NCBI GenBank assembly: GCA_964371245.1
Contig: CAYJKP010000001.1
Location: forward strand, 187,042-251,041
Reading direction: 5' to 3'
Length of the DNA: 64,000 nucleotides
Origin: an uncultured Gammaproteobacteria bacterium
GTDB taxonomy: Bacteria; Patescibacteriota; Patescibacteriia; JAHIZJ01
Shown: positions 47,519-57,731 of the stretch, piece after piece
Layout of the letters: every line of letters starts with the position of its first letter
How positions within the stretch are numbered: the first letter of the stretch is position 1
Translations under genes and position numbers: made by a program
Notes under the pieces: model-generated
Told to the model about the DNA's origin: nothing
What the model saw: the letters and a program-made list of their open reading frames with translations, nothing else
Databases searched by the model: none

Positions 47519-48445
47519 ATGTACGACCTTCTTATTCTCGGCGGTTCAGCGGCGGGCGCCAGCGCGGCGATCTATGCCGCTCGCGCCAAGCTGAACTTCA
47601 AAGTCATCACTAAGGATCTCGGCGGGGAGGTTGCTAACTCAGGGGAGATTGGCAATTACCCCGGTTTTAACGTGACCAACGGCGTGGAACTTTCCGAAAA
47701 GTTTGCCGAACAGATGCGCTTTAATCAGATTGATATTGAAACGGGTGTATACATCGAACGGATTGTCCGCAACGGAAAAACATTCGTCGTAACCACGAAA
47801 GACGATAGCGAACAATCAAAAACCTATGAAGCCAAGGCAATCATCCTGGCTACCGGCGCCAGACCGCGCCACTTAGGCGTCCCGGGTGAGCAAGAATACT
47901 ATCAGAAAGGATTGTCCTATTGTACGACCTGCGACGGCCCGCTCTATCGTCAGAAGATCGTGACGACGATCGGCGGCGGCAACTCCGCGCTTGAGTCAAT
48001 CCTGATGATGTCGAACTTGGCGAGCCGGGTTTATTCGATAAACATCAATCCGGAGTTTACCGGCGAAAAAGTATATATCGAGAAAGTGAAAAACCTGCCG
48101 AATGTCGTTTTAATTCCAAATGCCCAAACAACCACCATTGTTGGAAACGCCGCAGTCAGCGGAGTTGAGTATTTTGAGAAGGCCAGCGGAGATAAAAAAG
48201 TTATCGAGACGCAAGGCGTTTTCATCCATATTGGGATTATTCCAAACTCCGACATGGCAAAAGATCTCGGGGTGACGAATAAATTTGGATTCATTGAAGT
48301 GGATACGCACATGCAGACAGCGGTGCCTGGTTTCTTCGCGGCGGGCGACGTTGTCAATGTTCCATATCAGCAAATTGCGATCGCGACGGGGCAGGGGACA
48401 ACGGCGCTTCTTTCGGCTCAAGCCTATCTGAATAAATGGCAATAA
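47519..48445 (+). CDS. trxB: Thioredoxin-disulfide reductase family protein
   Basis: GGSAAG FAD motif, ATGA, YCTTCDG, GGGNSA, FAAGDV. Confidence 0.9.
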   Translation: MYDLLILGGSAAGASAAIYAARAKLNFKVITKDLGGEVANSGEIGNYPGFNVTNGVELSEKFAEQMRFNQIDIETGVYIERIVRNGKTFVVTTKDDSEQSKTYEAKAIILATGARPRHLGVPGEQEYYQKGLSYCTTCDGPLYRQKIVTTIGGGNSALESILMMSNLASRVYSININPEFTGEKVYIEKVKNLPNVVLIPNAQTTTIVGNAAVSGVEYFEKASGDKKVIETQGVFIHIGIIPNSDMAKDLGVTNKFGFIEVDTHMQTAVPGFFAAGDVVNVPYQQIAIATGQGTTALLSAQAYLNKWQ

Positions 48446-49419
48446 ACAAGTCATCCCAGACTCATCAAATAGCAGGCGAGGCATATAAACCTCGCCTGCG
48501 TCCGTATCTGGTGACGCTTTTCCAGAAGCGCATTTTTCAGTGGTATGCGGCTGAACGGCGCGATTTGCCTTGGCGTCGAACAAAGGATCCATATCGGATC
48601 CTTGTTTCGGAAATAATGCTCCAGCAAACTCAGGTGGCGAGGGTGATCAATAAATACAAGCAATTCACTCGAAAATTTCCGAGTCTTCGCGCGCTTGCCC
48701 GAGCGTCACGACGCCAGGTCCTAATCACCTGGTCAGGTTTGGGGTATAATCGGCGAGCGCTCCAGCTCCACGCCGCTGCGACGATGGTGGTGAAAAAACA
48801 TCACGGTATGTTTCCAAAAACACGTGCCGAGTTGCTGGCCCTGCCAGGTATTGGTGAGGCGACGGCCGGTTCGATTTTGGCGTTTGCCTATCGCCAAGAC
48901 GCTCTGGCGCTGGACGTGAATCTGAAACGGATCATCCAGCGTTTTTTCTACGGCTCGGAATATCGGCAGCCGCAAGGCGCCCAAGTCATCCGCGAAACCG
49001 GCGAGCAAACGATACCGGCCGGTCATGGGTATGATTGGAACCAGGCCTTGATGGATTTTGGCGCGCTCGTCTGTCGGGCTCGCCAGCCCCGTTGTTTAAT
49101 TTGTCCGTTGAAGAGACGCTGCCATGCCAGACCGCAGATTGAACGTGACTTGTTCCAATATGTGAGAAGAAGACACCCTGAACCAGCTCCGGCCTCGGCG
49201 CCAAATGTGCCGAATCGTATTTTCCGCGGCCGGGTAATCGAGCAATTGCGCCAGGAAAAAAATTATCGATTACCGCTTGGCGCGCTGGCTCGGGCAGTGA
49301 AAAAAGATTATGCCCAAACGGATCAACGATGGTTTACCCGTCTTTTATCGGGTTTGGAGCGGGATGGGCTTATTAGACTGAGGCAAAAAAATCACCGTCG
49401 GTATGTGTGTTTGGCGTAA
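48436..49419 (+). CDS. mutY: A/G-specific adenine glycosylase (short MutY-like)
   Basis: RDLPWR, VSEIMLQQT, WSGLGYNRRA, LPGIG HhH, C-x6-C-x2-C-x5-C Fe-S loop. Confidence 0.9.
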   Translation: MAINKSSQTHQIAGEAYKPRLRPYLVTLFQKRIFQWYAAERRDLPWRRTKDPYRILVSEIMLQQTQVARVINKYKQFTRKFPSLRALARASRRQVLITWSGLGYNRRALQLHAAATMVVKKHHGMFPKTRAELLALPGIGEATAGSILAFAYRQDALALDVNLKRIIQRFFYGSEYRQPQGAQVIRETGEQTIPAGHGYDWNQALMDFGALVCRARQPRCLICPLKRRCHARPQIERDLFQYVRRRHPEPAPASAPNVPNRIFRGRVIEQLRQEKNYRLPLGALARAVKKDYAQTDQRWFTRLLSGLERDGLIRLRQKNHRRYVCLA

Positions 49420-49474
49420 TTCCATGAGCGTTTTGCCGAATCTATAAAAAAGTGGTAAAATAATCTCGATTTGT

Positions 49475-51409
49475 ATGTCAAAAAAAATACTGAAATCTTT
49501 AATATTCGGCCTTTTCCTGGGTATAATTTTTTTGCCCAGGCTTGTGTCGGCAAAAGAGTGGCGCTTCACTGATTGGGCGTCCGTTTTTCTTGTCCAGACG
49601 GACGGTTCGGTTATCGTCCGGGAAACGCGAACGATTGAATTCAAAGACTCATTTACCTGGGTGGAGTCGTATATATTGAAAAATCGGGTTCGGGACATCA
49701 CGGATGTCAAGGTTTTCGATGAGCATAATGCGGAGCTTACGGAGCCGGACGCCATCATCACGGACGAGCCGGACCGCGTGAATATCCGATTGAATTTTAG
49801 TGCCGCCTACGAAACGAAATCCTGGGTATTTCAATATACGATCATCGGCGGCGTTGGTTTTTTTGAAGATCACGACGAGCTGTACTGGAATGTATTGCCG
49901 CTTGACCGCGAAGTGCCGGTTGACGCGGTCACGGCCCAGGTCATCCTGCCGGAAGCCGCGCCCGAACTTGCCAATTATAAGCAGACCATTTATCTCGGAA
50001 CACTCGGTTCAACGATCGAGTCCTCGGACTATTCGTTTCCAGACAACAAAACCATCACCTTTCAGGGCGCCAGTGTCCCGGCCTATGACGGTTTCACCAT
50101 CGTTTCAAGTTGGCCGAAAAATATCGTCCAGGATCCAGGTACACTTCGACTTGAAGCGCGTTTTGGCGATCAGGCGGTCACCGGCAATGTCTATATAAAT
50201 GGTCAATCAGTTAATGGTCAGACCCCGTACGCCTATCAATTGCTGCCAGCGGATGGTCCGGAGAAGACCGTCTCGGTTACCATTAAACGCTTTGGCTACG
50301 CCGCTGAGACGAAAGATTTAACCGTCCATCGCGGGACAACGCAGGCCTACACCTTCGTATTACAAGAGGCGTGGTGGTATCGGGCCGGAAAATATCTCTT
50401 CGCAATCGTGGCCGTCGGTTTATGGATATTCATCTTTATCGCGTTCTGGTTGTATTACCGCCGCTGGAAACGCTTTGGTCAAGATCCCCAAGAGAAAAAA
50501 ACCATTATTGCCCAGTATGAACCGCCGAAGGATATGCGGCCGAGCGAAATGGGCACGGTAATCGATGAGAAAGTGCAGACCCGCGACCTCACGACAATGA
50601 TTGTCGATTTTGCGGTCCGCGGCTATTTGACGATCACCGAAACAGAATCGGGCGTCTTAAGAAAGAAAAAAGACTATCTCCTGACGAAGACCAACAAAGC
50701 GCCGGTCGATCTGCTTGGATATGAACAGCATATGCTGGACAGTCTTTTTACCGGCGTTACGGAGGAGAAAATAAGCGATCTTCAAGCCGATTTCTATCTC
50801 CAGATACCGAAGTTGCGCAGCCTGCTCTATCAGGACGTTGCCGAAAAAGGCTATTTTGAAAAACCACCGGATGCGGTCCGACGCCATTACGCCTGGAAAC
50901 CAGCCGTGCTCATGAGCTTTGGTTTTTTGGCCGTTATTTTTGCCAGCGCGATCATGCCTCTGCTCATTGCGTTGCTGTTACCGCTTGTCTTTGTTGGTCT
51001 CATCGGTTTGATTTTTGCCTTTGTTATGCCAAAGAAGACGGTCCTGGGCGCCGAAGCCCACTGGTGGACCGAGGGTTTTAAGCTGTATCTGTCCACGGCC
51101 GAACGATTTCGGCTGGGCGCGATGACGCCGGAAACCTTTGAAAAATATTTGCCCTATGCCATGGTGCTCGGGGTGGAGAAAAAATGGGCGAACCGTTTTA
51201 AAGATATTGTCATCCAACCGCCAAGCTGGTATCACTCCTCTACGGGTTTGGCCGGCGCCTTTGTTCTTACCAATTTTACCGACCAGCTGTCATCTTTTTC
51301 TACGGCTGCCTCGAGTTCCTTAAGCCATTCTCCGAGCTCGTCGTCATCGGGTTTTTCGGGCGGCTTTTCCGGTGGCGGTGGCGGTGGTGGCGGCGCCAGT
51401 GCCGGTTAA
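49475..51409 (+). CDS. DUF2207-family membrane protein with PEGA-like insert
   Basis: DGSVIVRE, DELYWN, QYEPP, FEKYLPYAMVLGV..W, Ser/Gly-rich tail; VYING...GQTP..GY insert. Confidence 0.85.
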   Translation: MSKKILKSLIFGLFLGIIFLPRLVSAKEWRFTDWASVFLVQTDGSVIVRETRTIEFKDSFTWVESYILKNRVRDITDVKVFDEHNAELTEPDAIITDEPDRVNIRLNFSAAYETKSWVFQYTIIGGVGFFEDHDELYWNVLPLDREVPVDAVTAQVILPEAAPELANYKQTIYLGTLGSTIESSDYSFPDNKTITFQGASVPAYDGFTIVSSWPKNIVQDPGTLRLEARFGDQAVTGNVYINGQSVNGQTPYAYQLLPADGPEKTVSVTIKRFGYAAETKDLTVHRGTTQAYTFVLQEAWWYRAGKYLFAIVAVGLWIFIFIAFWLYYRRWKRFGQDPQEKKTIIAQYEPPKDMRPSEMGTVIDEKVQTRDLTTMIVDFAVRGYLTITETESGVLRKKKDYLLTKTNKAPVDLLGYEQHMLDSLFTGVTEEKISDLQADFYLQIPKLRSLLYQDVAEKGYFEKPPDAVRRHYAWKPAVLMSFGFLAVIFASAIMPLLIALLLPLVFVGLIGLIFAFVMPKKTVLGAEAHWWTEGFKLYLSTAERFRLGAMTPETFEKYLPYAMVLGVEKKWANRFKDIVIQPPSWYHSSTGLAGAFVLTNFTDQLSSFSTAASSSLSHSPSSSSSGFSGGFSGGGGGGGGASAG

Positions 51410-51450
51410 TGTGTTATTAATTAAAAAGCTCACAATATAAACATAACATC

Positions 51451-53103
51451 ATGAAACGTTCACTCAAACTTTTCCTTCTTCTCGGCGGCATCGCCCTTTT
51501 TACTGTCGGTTGTCAGCTGCCGTTCACAAAGAAGATCGTTACGCTTCCATTATTAGAGAAGTCGCCAGCCAAAGTCTCTCAACTGAATAAAGAGAAAACC
51601 GTCGCTATCACCACCAGCCACATGGAATTGACCGCCGACGTGACGGGTACGAGCGATGATGCGACCGGGGACATGAGCGGAACCTTTACACTAAAAGCCG
51701 ACGCCGACGTTCCGGCTAAGAAAATGCAGGGTTCGCTGACTGGGACGATTACTGCGGCGAACGCATCGTATAATTTTGGCCTCGATCTGCGTTCATTGAA
51801 CGACGTCGCCTATTTGAGACTGACCACCTTGCCGACACTGCCCGGCGCAGCGAGCAACGTTTTTTCAGATATTACAAATGTCTGGTATCGCCTTGATCCG
51901 GCTGAGCTCCAAAACGATCTGTCGAATACGCTGGGCGATATTACCAGCCTCGTGCCCGGAACAGCGGGAACAAATACCAACACAAACGGTAATGTTAACT
52001 CAACAATCAACAGCAATGCGAATTTGAATCTCAATGCCGCCCTGAATACCAATACGCAGGAAGAAATCTTTAATCGCATAACTGATTTTGCGAAGAATGC
52101 AAATCTGTATTCACTGGGCGAGCGTTTGGCGGACGAAAAAGTCGGTGATGTGAATTGTTACCATTATAAGATCGTTATCAATTCGACTGAAGTAAAAAAA
52201 CTTCTGAAGGAAATTGTGAGTGCTGAGGGCGATTTGCTGCAAGGGGTAACGGGTCTGGGTGGAGCGACGGTTGACCAAAACGCATCTGTCGATGAAGCGA
52301 TGGAAATCCTGAACGACATGAACGGTGAAATCTGGATCGGAAAAAAGGATTACTTAACCCATAAGGTTACGATGAATCTCACCACCACTCAGGAAACACA
52401 AACGCTTACGGTGAGAGTGTCATTGGTTAGTAGCAATTTCAACCAACCCGTGACGGTCGAGGCGCCTGTTGATTCGAAAAGCTTTTCCGAATTGATCCAG
52501 AGCGTGATGACAATATTCTTTGGGATGATGCCGACTGATATAAGTAATGTAACGGATACAAGTGCCGAAGTGACGAGTCTCACAGGGGACGAAAAACAGA
52601 TGGCCCAGCTTGGCTCAATTAAATCAACCCTCGCGTTGTACCACGCAAAAAACAAAGCGTATCCGGCAAAGTTGTCTGACGCAAAAACGTTTATTGAATC
52701 TAGCTGCAATATGGTTGGTGACGATGGTTATGCCTGTCAATTGCTCGATCACTTCATCGCCGTTGATGTGAATACGGGGCAAGCCTATGAGTATACAGTG
52801 GCTAATAATTCCTACGCGTTGAGTTATGCCATGCTGGTGTCGTCCAGCCAATATGACGCCGGCCAAAATACCATGACTCCAGATTCGCATTCCCTTGAGG
52901 CGTCCCCGAATGGGGAAAAAGATAGCGATAATGACGGCTTGATTGATGAAGAAGAATTAAGTTTCGAGACTGATGATCAGGTGGCTGATACTGATGGCGA
53001 CGGATTTCTTGATGGTCTGGAAGTGCTGAGTGGGTATAATCCACTGGGCGATGGGGAACTAGCCAGTCTGCCCGTGAACGTTAATACGCGTCTTCTTCAA
53101 TAG
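51451..53103 (+). CDS. Putative lipoprotein with Asn/Thr linker and C-terminal Asp-rich Ca-binding repeats
   Basis: Lipobox FTVGC; beta-rich body; DSDNDGL..EE, DTDGDGFLDG.E...GYNP. Confidence 0.75.
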   Translation: MKRSLKLFLLLGGIALFTVGCQLPFTKKIVTLPLLEKSPAKVSQLNKEKTVAITTSHMELTADVTGTSDDATGDMSGTFTLKADADVPAKKMQGSLTGTITAANASYNFGLDLRSLNDVAYLRLTTLPTLPGAASNVFSDITNVWYRLDPAELQNDLSNTLGDITSLVPGTAGTNTNTNGNVNSTINSNANLNLNAALNTNTQEEIFNRITDFAKNANLYSLGERLADEKVGDVNCYHYKIVINSTEVKKLLKEIVSAEGDLLQGVTGLGGATVDQNASVDEAMEILNDMNGEIWIGKKDYLTHKVTMNLTTTQETQTLTVRVSLVSSNFNQPVTVEAPVDSKSFSELIQSVMTIFFGMMPTDISNVTDTSAEVTSLTGDEKQMAQLGSIKSTLALYHAKNKAYPAKLSDAKTFIESSCNMVGDDGYACQLLDHFIAVDVNTGQAYEYTVANNSYALSYAMLVSSSQYDAGQNTMTPDSHSLEASPNGEKDSDNDGLIDEEELSFETDDQVADTDGDGFLDGLEVLSGYNPLGDGELASLPVNVNTRLLQ

Positions 53104-53168
53104 GAACCAGAAAAAACAGATTAACATTTGTTGATTATTTTTCCATAGCCTAGCAAGCAACCAGCACC

Positions 53169-54257
53169 ATGGTAAAAAGAATTATTATTTTATTCGTTGC
53201 ACTCGCCAGTCTGATGGGCCTGGTTTATTATTGGCCCACTGACGGTTCTTCGACCGGGCAAGTGAAGGGGCGGATTGTTAATCGTACCGGGGTTGGGTCA
53301 TTGGCGTCAGACTGGGAGCGTCCCTATATCTCCGATCGCACGGGGCAATGGAAAATATTTTTTATCAGTGACGATCGAAGCGGGGGGAGCGCGATGATAC
53401 CAGGCAATCAGCCGCAGTTATTACCGACTGAAATTTCTAACAACCATTGGCTCTATTTCACCCAAGAAGAAGGGTTTTACAAGCTGTGGCGGTTTACGGC
53501 CGACAATAGCGCCAGTCAATTTATTTTAGCCCTCCGTCACCAGCCGACCAGCCTAACAGTAACTCGTGACGGCCGTTTGGCGGTTTATGCGCTTGCCGAC
53601 GATACCGGTATCGGACAGCGTACTTTTCTAGTGACGCTAGAAACGGGCGCGGTAAAAGAAATTGTTTCGGGAGCGCGCAGTTTAATATTCTCACCCGATA
53701 ATCGCCGGATTGTGTATAATACCACCGAAGGGTTATTCGCCTCGGAAATTTCCCGCGAGCTGGCCGTAGGCGACCCGCTCACAATCGCCTCGGGTGACAG
53801 CTACGCTCCAATCTATGCGGCCGACGGCGACAATATTTACTATATTGAAAATGTTGAAGGCGAGTATTTGCTGAACCGCCTTGACCTGAGAACGGGAACG
53901 ATCCAAACGCTCATATCACTTGGGGTCAATCCTGGAATAACCGATTGGTCGCTCGAGCTTTCGCCTGACGGCAAAAAGCTTGTTTATTGCGGTTCGGTGG
54001 ATAAAAGCTATATTCATACCGTCATCGGCCGCGTTATGGTCGATGGCAGTGGATCGAAAATATTATCGCAGGATGGCGGCGAGGCCCATTGGTCGAAATC
54101 AGGACAGCTGATTTTCTTTAATTCGCTTGAATTCACGACGCTTGGCCCTCGCTTGCAGATTTGGCGCATGGACGAAGAGGGGAATAATCGGGAAGCGGTT
54201 GCCTGGGAAGGGAATAATTGGCTAAGCCAAATACCGCAGCCGATTCAGCCGGATTAA
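53169..54257 (+). CDS. TolB-like beta-propeller (PD40 repeats), exported
   Basis: N-terminal TM; FSPDNRRIVY, LSPDGKKLVY, WSKSGQLIFF repeats. Confidence 0.78.
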   Translation: MVKRIIILFVALASLMGLVYYWPTDGSSTGQVKGRIVNRTGVGSLASDWERPYISDRTGQWKIFFISDDRSGGSAMIPGNQPQLLPTEISNNHWLYFTQEEGFYKLWRFTADNSASQFILALRHQPTSLTVTRDGRLAVYALADDTGIGQRTFLVTLETGAVKEIVSGARSLIFSPDNRRIVYNTTEGLFASEISRELAVGDPLTIASGDSYAPIYAADGDNIYYIENVEGEYLLNRLDLRTGTIQTLISLGVNPGITDWSLELSPDGKKLVYCGSVDKSYIHTVIGRVMVDGSGSKILSQDGGEAHWSKSGQLIFFNSLEFTTLGPRLQIWRMDEEGNNREAVAWEGNNWLSQIPQPIQPD

Positions 54258-54272
54258 GTACTGAACCACGTT

Positions 54273-54983
54273 ATGGCACGAGTGTATCCTAAATCACAAA
54301 CCAACCAGGTAAACAAAAAGTCCGACCGACGCGGCCGGCGTCGACGTTTTTGGCTAGGCCCGAGGAGTTGCCTCGGACAGTTCATGTTTGTTTTGATATT
54401 AATTGCTCTTGGCTTGGGGATTGCGGTCGCGCGGACCGGTTTAGTTACCATACCGATTCTCACGCCACTGTTTTATCATCCGGTCGAGCCAACCCGGAAG
54501 ATTCAATTGAACCGAGCGGAACTTCATAATATCGGTCCGACACTCTCTGAAATTTTAGAACAATACCGTTCCGAGGGACGCCTTGACCTGCCGTTGTCCG
54601 AGGAAAACCTTACCAAACTGTTGCAGGTGGCGCTGGTGGAGCGCGAGCAACCGACCCTCCAAGACATACAGGCGGTCATCGAGCCAGACGGGATCGAAGT
54701 CTCCGGTCAATTACACTCGCGTCGCTATCCGTATCATTTTGACATGACTGTTTGGCCGACTGTTAAAAAGGGAAAAATTACTTTTTCTGTTCGCCGCGCC
54801 CATCTTGAGCGCGTACCGTTGCCCGCCTCATTGGGCAATGCGATCGTCCATAATTATCTCGCCGCCTCGGAAAATACCGTCAATCGTGCGATGAGCCAGT
54901 ATCTCGAGGTTTCGAACATACAGCTGTCGTCTCGAACGGCTATTATCACCGGGCGCGTCCTCCAGTCGCGGCTACCATTTTAA
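54273..54983 (+). CDS. Hypothetical single-pass membrane protein
   Basis: Basic N-terminus, one TM segment, LSEENLT plus long beta strands. Confidence 0.7.
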   Translation: MARVYPKSQTNQVNKKSDRRGRRRRFWLGPRSCLGQFMFVLILIALGLGIAVARTGLVTIPILTPLFYHPVEPTRKIQLNRAELHNIGPTLSEILEQYRSEGRLDLPLSEENLTKLLQVALVEREQPTLQDIQAVIEPDGIEVSGQLHSRRYPYHFDMTVWPTVKKGKITFSVRRAHLERVPLPASLGNAIVHNYLAASENTVNRAMSQYLEVSNIQLSSRTAIITGRVLQSRLPF

Positions 54984-54987
54984 ATTC

Positions 54988-55749
54988 ATGCTTTTATTTC
55001 GACGGTCCATACCATTTATCTCAACCCTCCTCATTGGTTTTATCTATGAGTCGCTTTGTTTGAGGCCGGAAAATGTTTATTGGTATTGGGTCGGCCTTCT
55101 CCTCGTTGTCGCCGGCACGCAACTCGCGTTGTCAAAAAAGGCGCGTTTAATTGAGACGGTTATCTTAGGCATCAGCCAAATACTTTTTCTCTCCGGCACC
55201 TATTATTTTATTTTCTTTGTCGAAGGATCGACCATCCGCCAACTTTTAATTGGTCTCGCCTTAATCATCAATCTCTTCTACCTAACCAACATTTTCTATT
55301 ACCATTTCCGAACTGAAAAGTATCAGGTAAACGCCCTCCAAAACATTTCAAGCTTTTTGAATCTGATTTCTATCTTTACAATCAGCAGTGTTGGCTTTAG
55401 CCTGATACTCTATCTCGGGTGGCCATCGTGGCTGATCAGCCTTGGGGTCGCGCTGGCATCAGCCGTGCTCTGTTATCAAACATATTGGGTAAACAAAATC
55501 GTTGGCCCCGCCACTTTTCTGTTCGCCGGCATTACCGGTTTGATCGGGGGTGAGGTCTTTTGGGCGGCTACGTTCTTGCCCTCAAGTTTTTTAGTAAATG
55601 GCGCAATAGTTACGGTGGTCAACTATTCAATCGTAAATTTAGCCCGGCATTATTTTGCCGGAAACCTACAAAAGAGCGTCATCTGGCGATATTTAATAAT
55701 TAGCGCAACTGTGCTATTATTAACTCTAGTCACGGCGCGTTGGAAGTAA
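54988..55749 (+). CDS. Hypothetical multi-pass membrane protein
   Basis: About 8-9 hydrophobic segments; sits within the operon. Confidence 0.75.
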   Translation: MLLFRRSIPFISTLLIGFIYESLCLRPENVYWYWVGLLLVVAGTQLALSKKARLIETVILGISQILFLSGTYYFIFFVEGSTIRQLLIGLALIINLFYLTNIFYYHFRTEKYQVNALQNISSFLNLISIFTISSVGFSLILYLGWPSWLISLGVALASAVLCYQTYWVNKIVGPATFLFAGITGLIGGEVFWAATFLPSSFLVNGAIVTVVNYSIVNLARHYFAGNLQKSVIWRYLIISATVLLLTLVTARWK

Positions 55750-55767
55750 ATCTTTGAATCATTCCCT

Positions 55768-56997
55768 ATGGAACTTAAACCGACTCCGACTTCACCAAAA
55801 GCAAAACAAAACGCCGATATCGAAACACTTTTTCGCGATAAGAATTTTACCGAGCTCCATCGTCCTGGTCCACGGAACAGCCGCACCTTTATTATCCTGC
55901 TATCAATCGTCATTGCCATATTTTCAGGTTTTTTTGGGGGAATGTTTTTCTACTATTTCTTCCCAAACCAGTCAAACCAGACCGGTCAGGTTACCTTTCG
56001 CTCGGCCCGAGGCTCTGAATTAACACCTGAAAAAATTAACGAACTCCGGGATAATACCCAGCGTGGCTTAATCAGTTTTTTTGTGAAAAAGGAGGCTACG
56101 GTATCAACTGATCCGCGCAGCGACCTCTATCATCCCTGGGAGCAGTTGGCGACCGGCTTAGCGGTAACGAGCGATGGTTGGATTGTGGCACCTCGTTTTG
56201 CCTTTACCAATCTCAGTGCCAGCTATGTCGGCGTGAATTCCGAGGGTACGGTGTTTACCGTCCAGAAGATTATGGCTGATCCGACGAGCGCACTGTATTT
56301 TTTAAAAATAGACACAAACAATTTGCCCGTTGTTGATTTTGCCACCTCAGATGATATCTTTGCCGGCGATGAAATATTTATCGTCACCAATAACGGTCAA
56401 ACCTTGCCGAATTTATTTTCGACGGACATCACCCAGTTAAAACATTTTTCCTACACGTCACTCGCGGATTATATCGAGTCGAGCGACCAGTACCGGAGCC
56501 GGGCAATATTGAAAGACCCCCTGACCGCAAATTATCAAGGCGCCGTAGCTGTGAATGGGTCTGGTAAAATACTGGGAATAGTGACCGCGAAAGAATGGCC
56601 GTCAAATGAACTTGTCTTAGGCTATCAAATCCAACCAGGTTTAGCCAGCTTGTTAAAAAGAGGCGAAGTTGTTCGTCCGACGCTCGGCGTGCATTATCTC
56701 GATCTCAGTCGCAAGACCAATTATCCGCCAACGAATACCGAGGGGAGGAAAGCCGGCGCGCTCATCTTCGGTGACCGCGATACAAATCTGCCGGCCGTCG
56801 AACCGGGGAGCGCGGCTGAAAAGTCTGGTTTACAGAAAGGCGACATTATTATTAAGGTGAATGATCTCACGCTTGATGAACAGCAAGATCTTACCGATGC
56901 CGTCCAGGATTTTTCACCGGGGGATACTGTGAAGCTGAAAGTCATTCGTTCGTCGAAGGAAATTACCGTCGAGGTTACCCTAAATTCTCAGAAATAA
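55768..56997 (+). CDS. HtrA/S1C-like trypsin-PDZ protein, catalytic triad apparently lost
   Basis: TM; ATGLAVTSDGWIV, GKILGI, RPTLGV, PGSAAEKSGLQKGDII PDZ; no TNxH or GNSGG. Confidence 0.82.
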   Translation: MELKPTPTSPKAKQNADIETLFRDKNFTELHRPGPRNSRTFIILLSIVIAIFSGFFGGMFFYYFFPNQSNQTGQVTFRSARGSELTPEKINELRDNTQRGLISFFVKKEATVSTDPRSDLYHPWEQLATGLAVTSDGWIVAPRFAFTNLSASYVGVNSEGTVFTVQKIMADPTSALYFLKIDTNNLPVVDFATSDDIFAGDEIFIVTNNGQTLPNLFSTDITQLKHFSYTSLADYIESSDQYRSRAILKDPLTANYQGAVAVNGSGKILGIVTAKEWPSNELVLGYQIQPGLASLLKRGEVVRPTLGVHYLDLSRKTNYPPTNTEGRKAGALIFGDRDTNLPAVEPGSAAEKSGLQKGDIIIKVNDLTLDEQQDLTDAVQDFSPGDTVKLKVIRSSKEITVEVTLNSQK

Positions 56998-57005
56998 CGA
57001 TCACT

Positions 57006-57728
57006 ATGTTACTTTCCCTTATTATTCCAGCCTACAACGAAGAAAAGCGAATCCGCAAGACGCTTGAGCTGTTTGTGCGAGAACTTTGCCCCGGCGACAA
57101 AGAGATTATTGTCGTTTTGAATGGCTGCACCGACAACACGCGGTCGGTCGTTGAACAGGCGGCTCGAGACTTCGGTAGCGAAATAAAAATTGAAGAGCTC
57201 GCAATCGGTGGCAAAGGGTTGGCCGTGGTGCATGGTTTTAAAAAGGCGACCGGCGATCTAATTGGATTCGTCGATGCGGACGGGGCGACAAGCCCGCATG
57301 AATATCAAAAACTGGTTGAAGCCATCACGCAGGGCAAGGCTGATGGGGCAATCGCCTCGCGCTGGCTAGCCGGATCGCACGTCGTCGCCCGGACCTCGTT
57401 TTTCCGCGAAATAATCAGCCAGGCGTTTTTCATTATTACAAAGCTCCTGTTTTGGCTGCCGTTCCGCGACACCCAGTGCGGCGCCAAATTGTTCCGTCGC
57501 GAAGTCGCCCAAGCCGTCCTGCCGAAATTAAAGGTGATGAATATGGCTTTTGACGTCGAGCTGTTGTTATTGACCAAACAGGCGAAGTACCGGGTTACTG
57601 AGGTACCGACGGAGTGGATTGATCAATCAATATCAGCTACCTTCGGCTCGCCGCTGAAGGTTATAAAAACCAGCTTTAATATGTTTTTTTCTCTTTTTAA
57701 AATACGTTTTCAACATTTACGATCCTAA
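57006..57728 (+). CDS. GT2 polyprenol-phosphate glycosyltransferase (DPG/DPM-like)
   Basis: IIPAYNE, GKGLAV, FVDADG, DTQCGAKLF, FDVELL. Confidence 0.9.
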   Translation: MLLSLIIPAYNEEKRIRKTLELFVRELCPGDKEIIVVLNGCTDNTRSVVEQAARDFGSEIKIEELAIGGKGLAVVHGFKKATGDLIGFVDADGATSPHEYQKLVEAITQGKADGAIASRWLAGSHVVARTSFFREIISQAFFIITKLLFWLPFRDTQCGAKLFRREVAQAVLPKLKVMNMAFDVELLLLTKQAKYRVTEVPTEWIDQSISATFGSPLKVIKTSFNMFFSLFKIRFQHLRS

Positions 57729-57731
57729 CGT

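Noticed and set aside
51300-51409. GGT/GGC and TCG trinucleotide runs
   Set aside because: They encode the ordinary Ser/Gly-rich tail of DUF2207 proteins.
54960-54983. C-terminal QSRLPF resembling a clamp-binding motif
   Set aside because: It lies on the probably extracytoplasmic side of a single-pass membrane protein.
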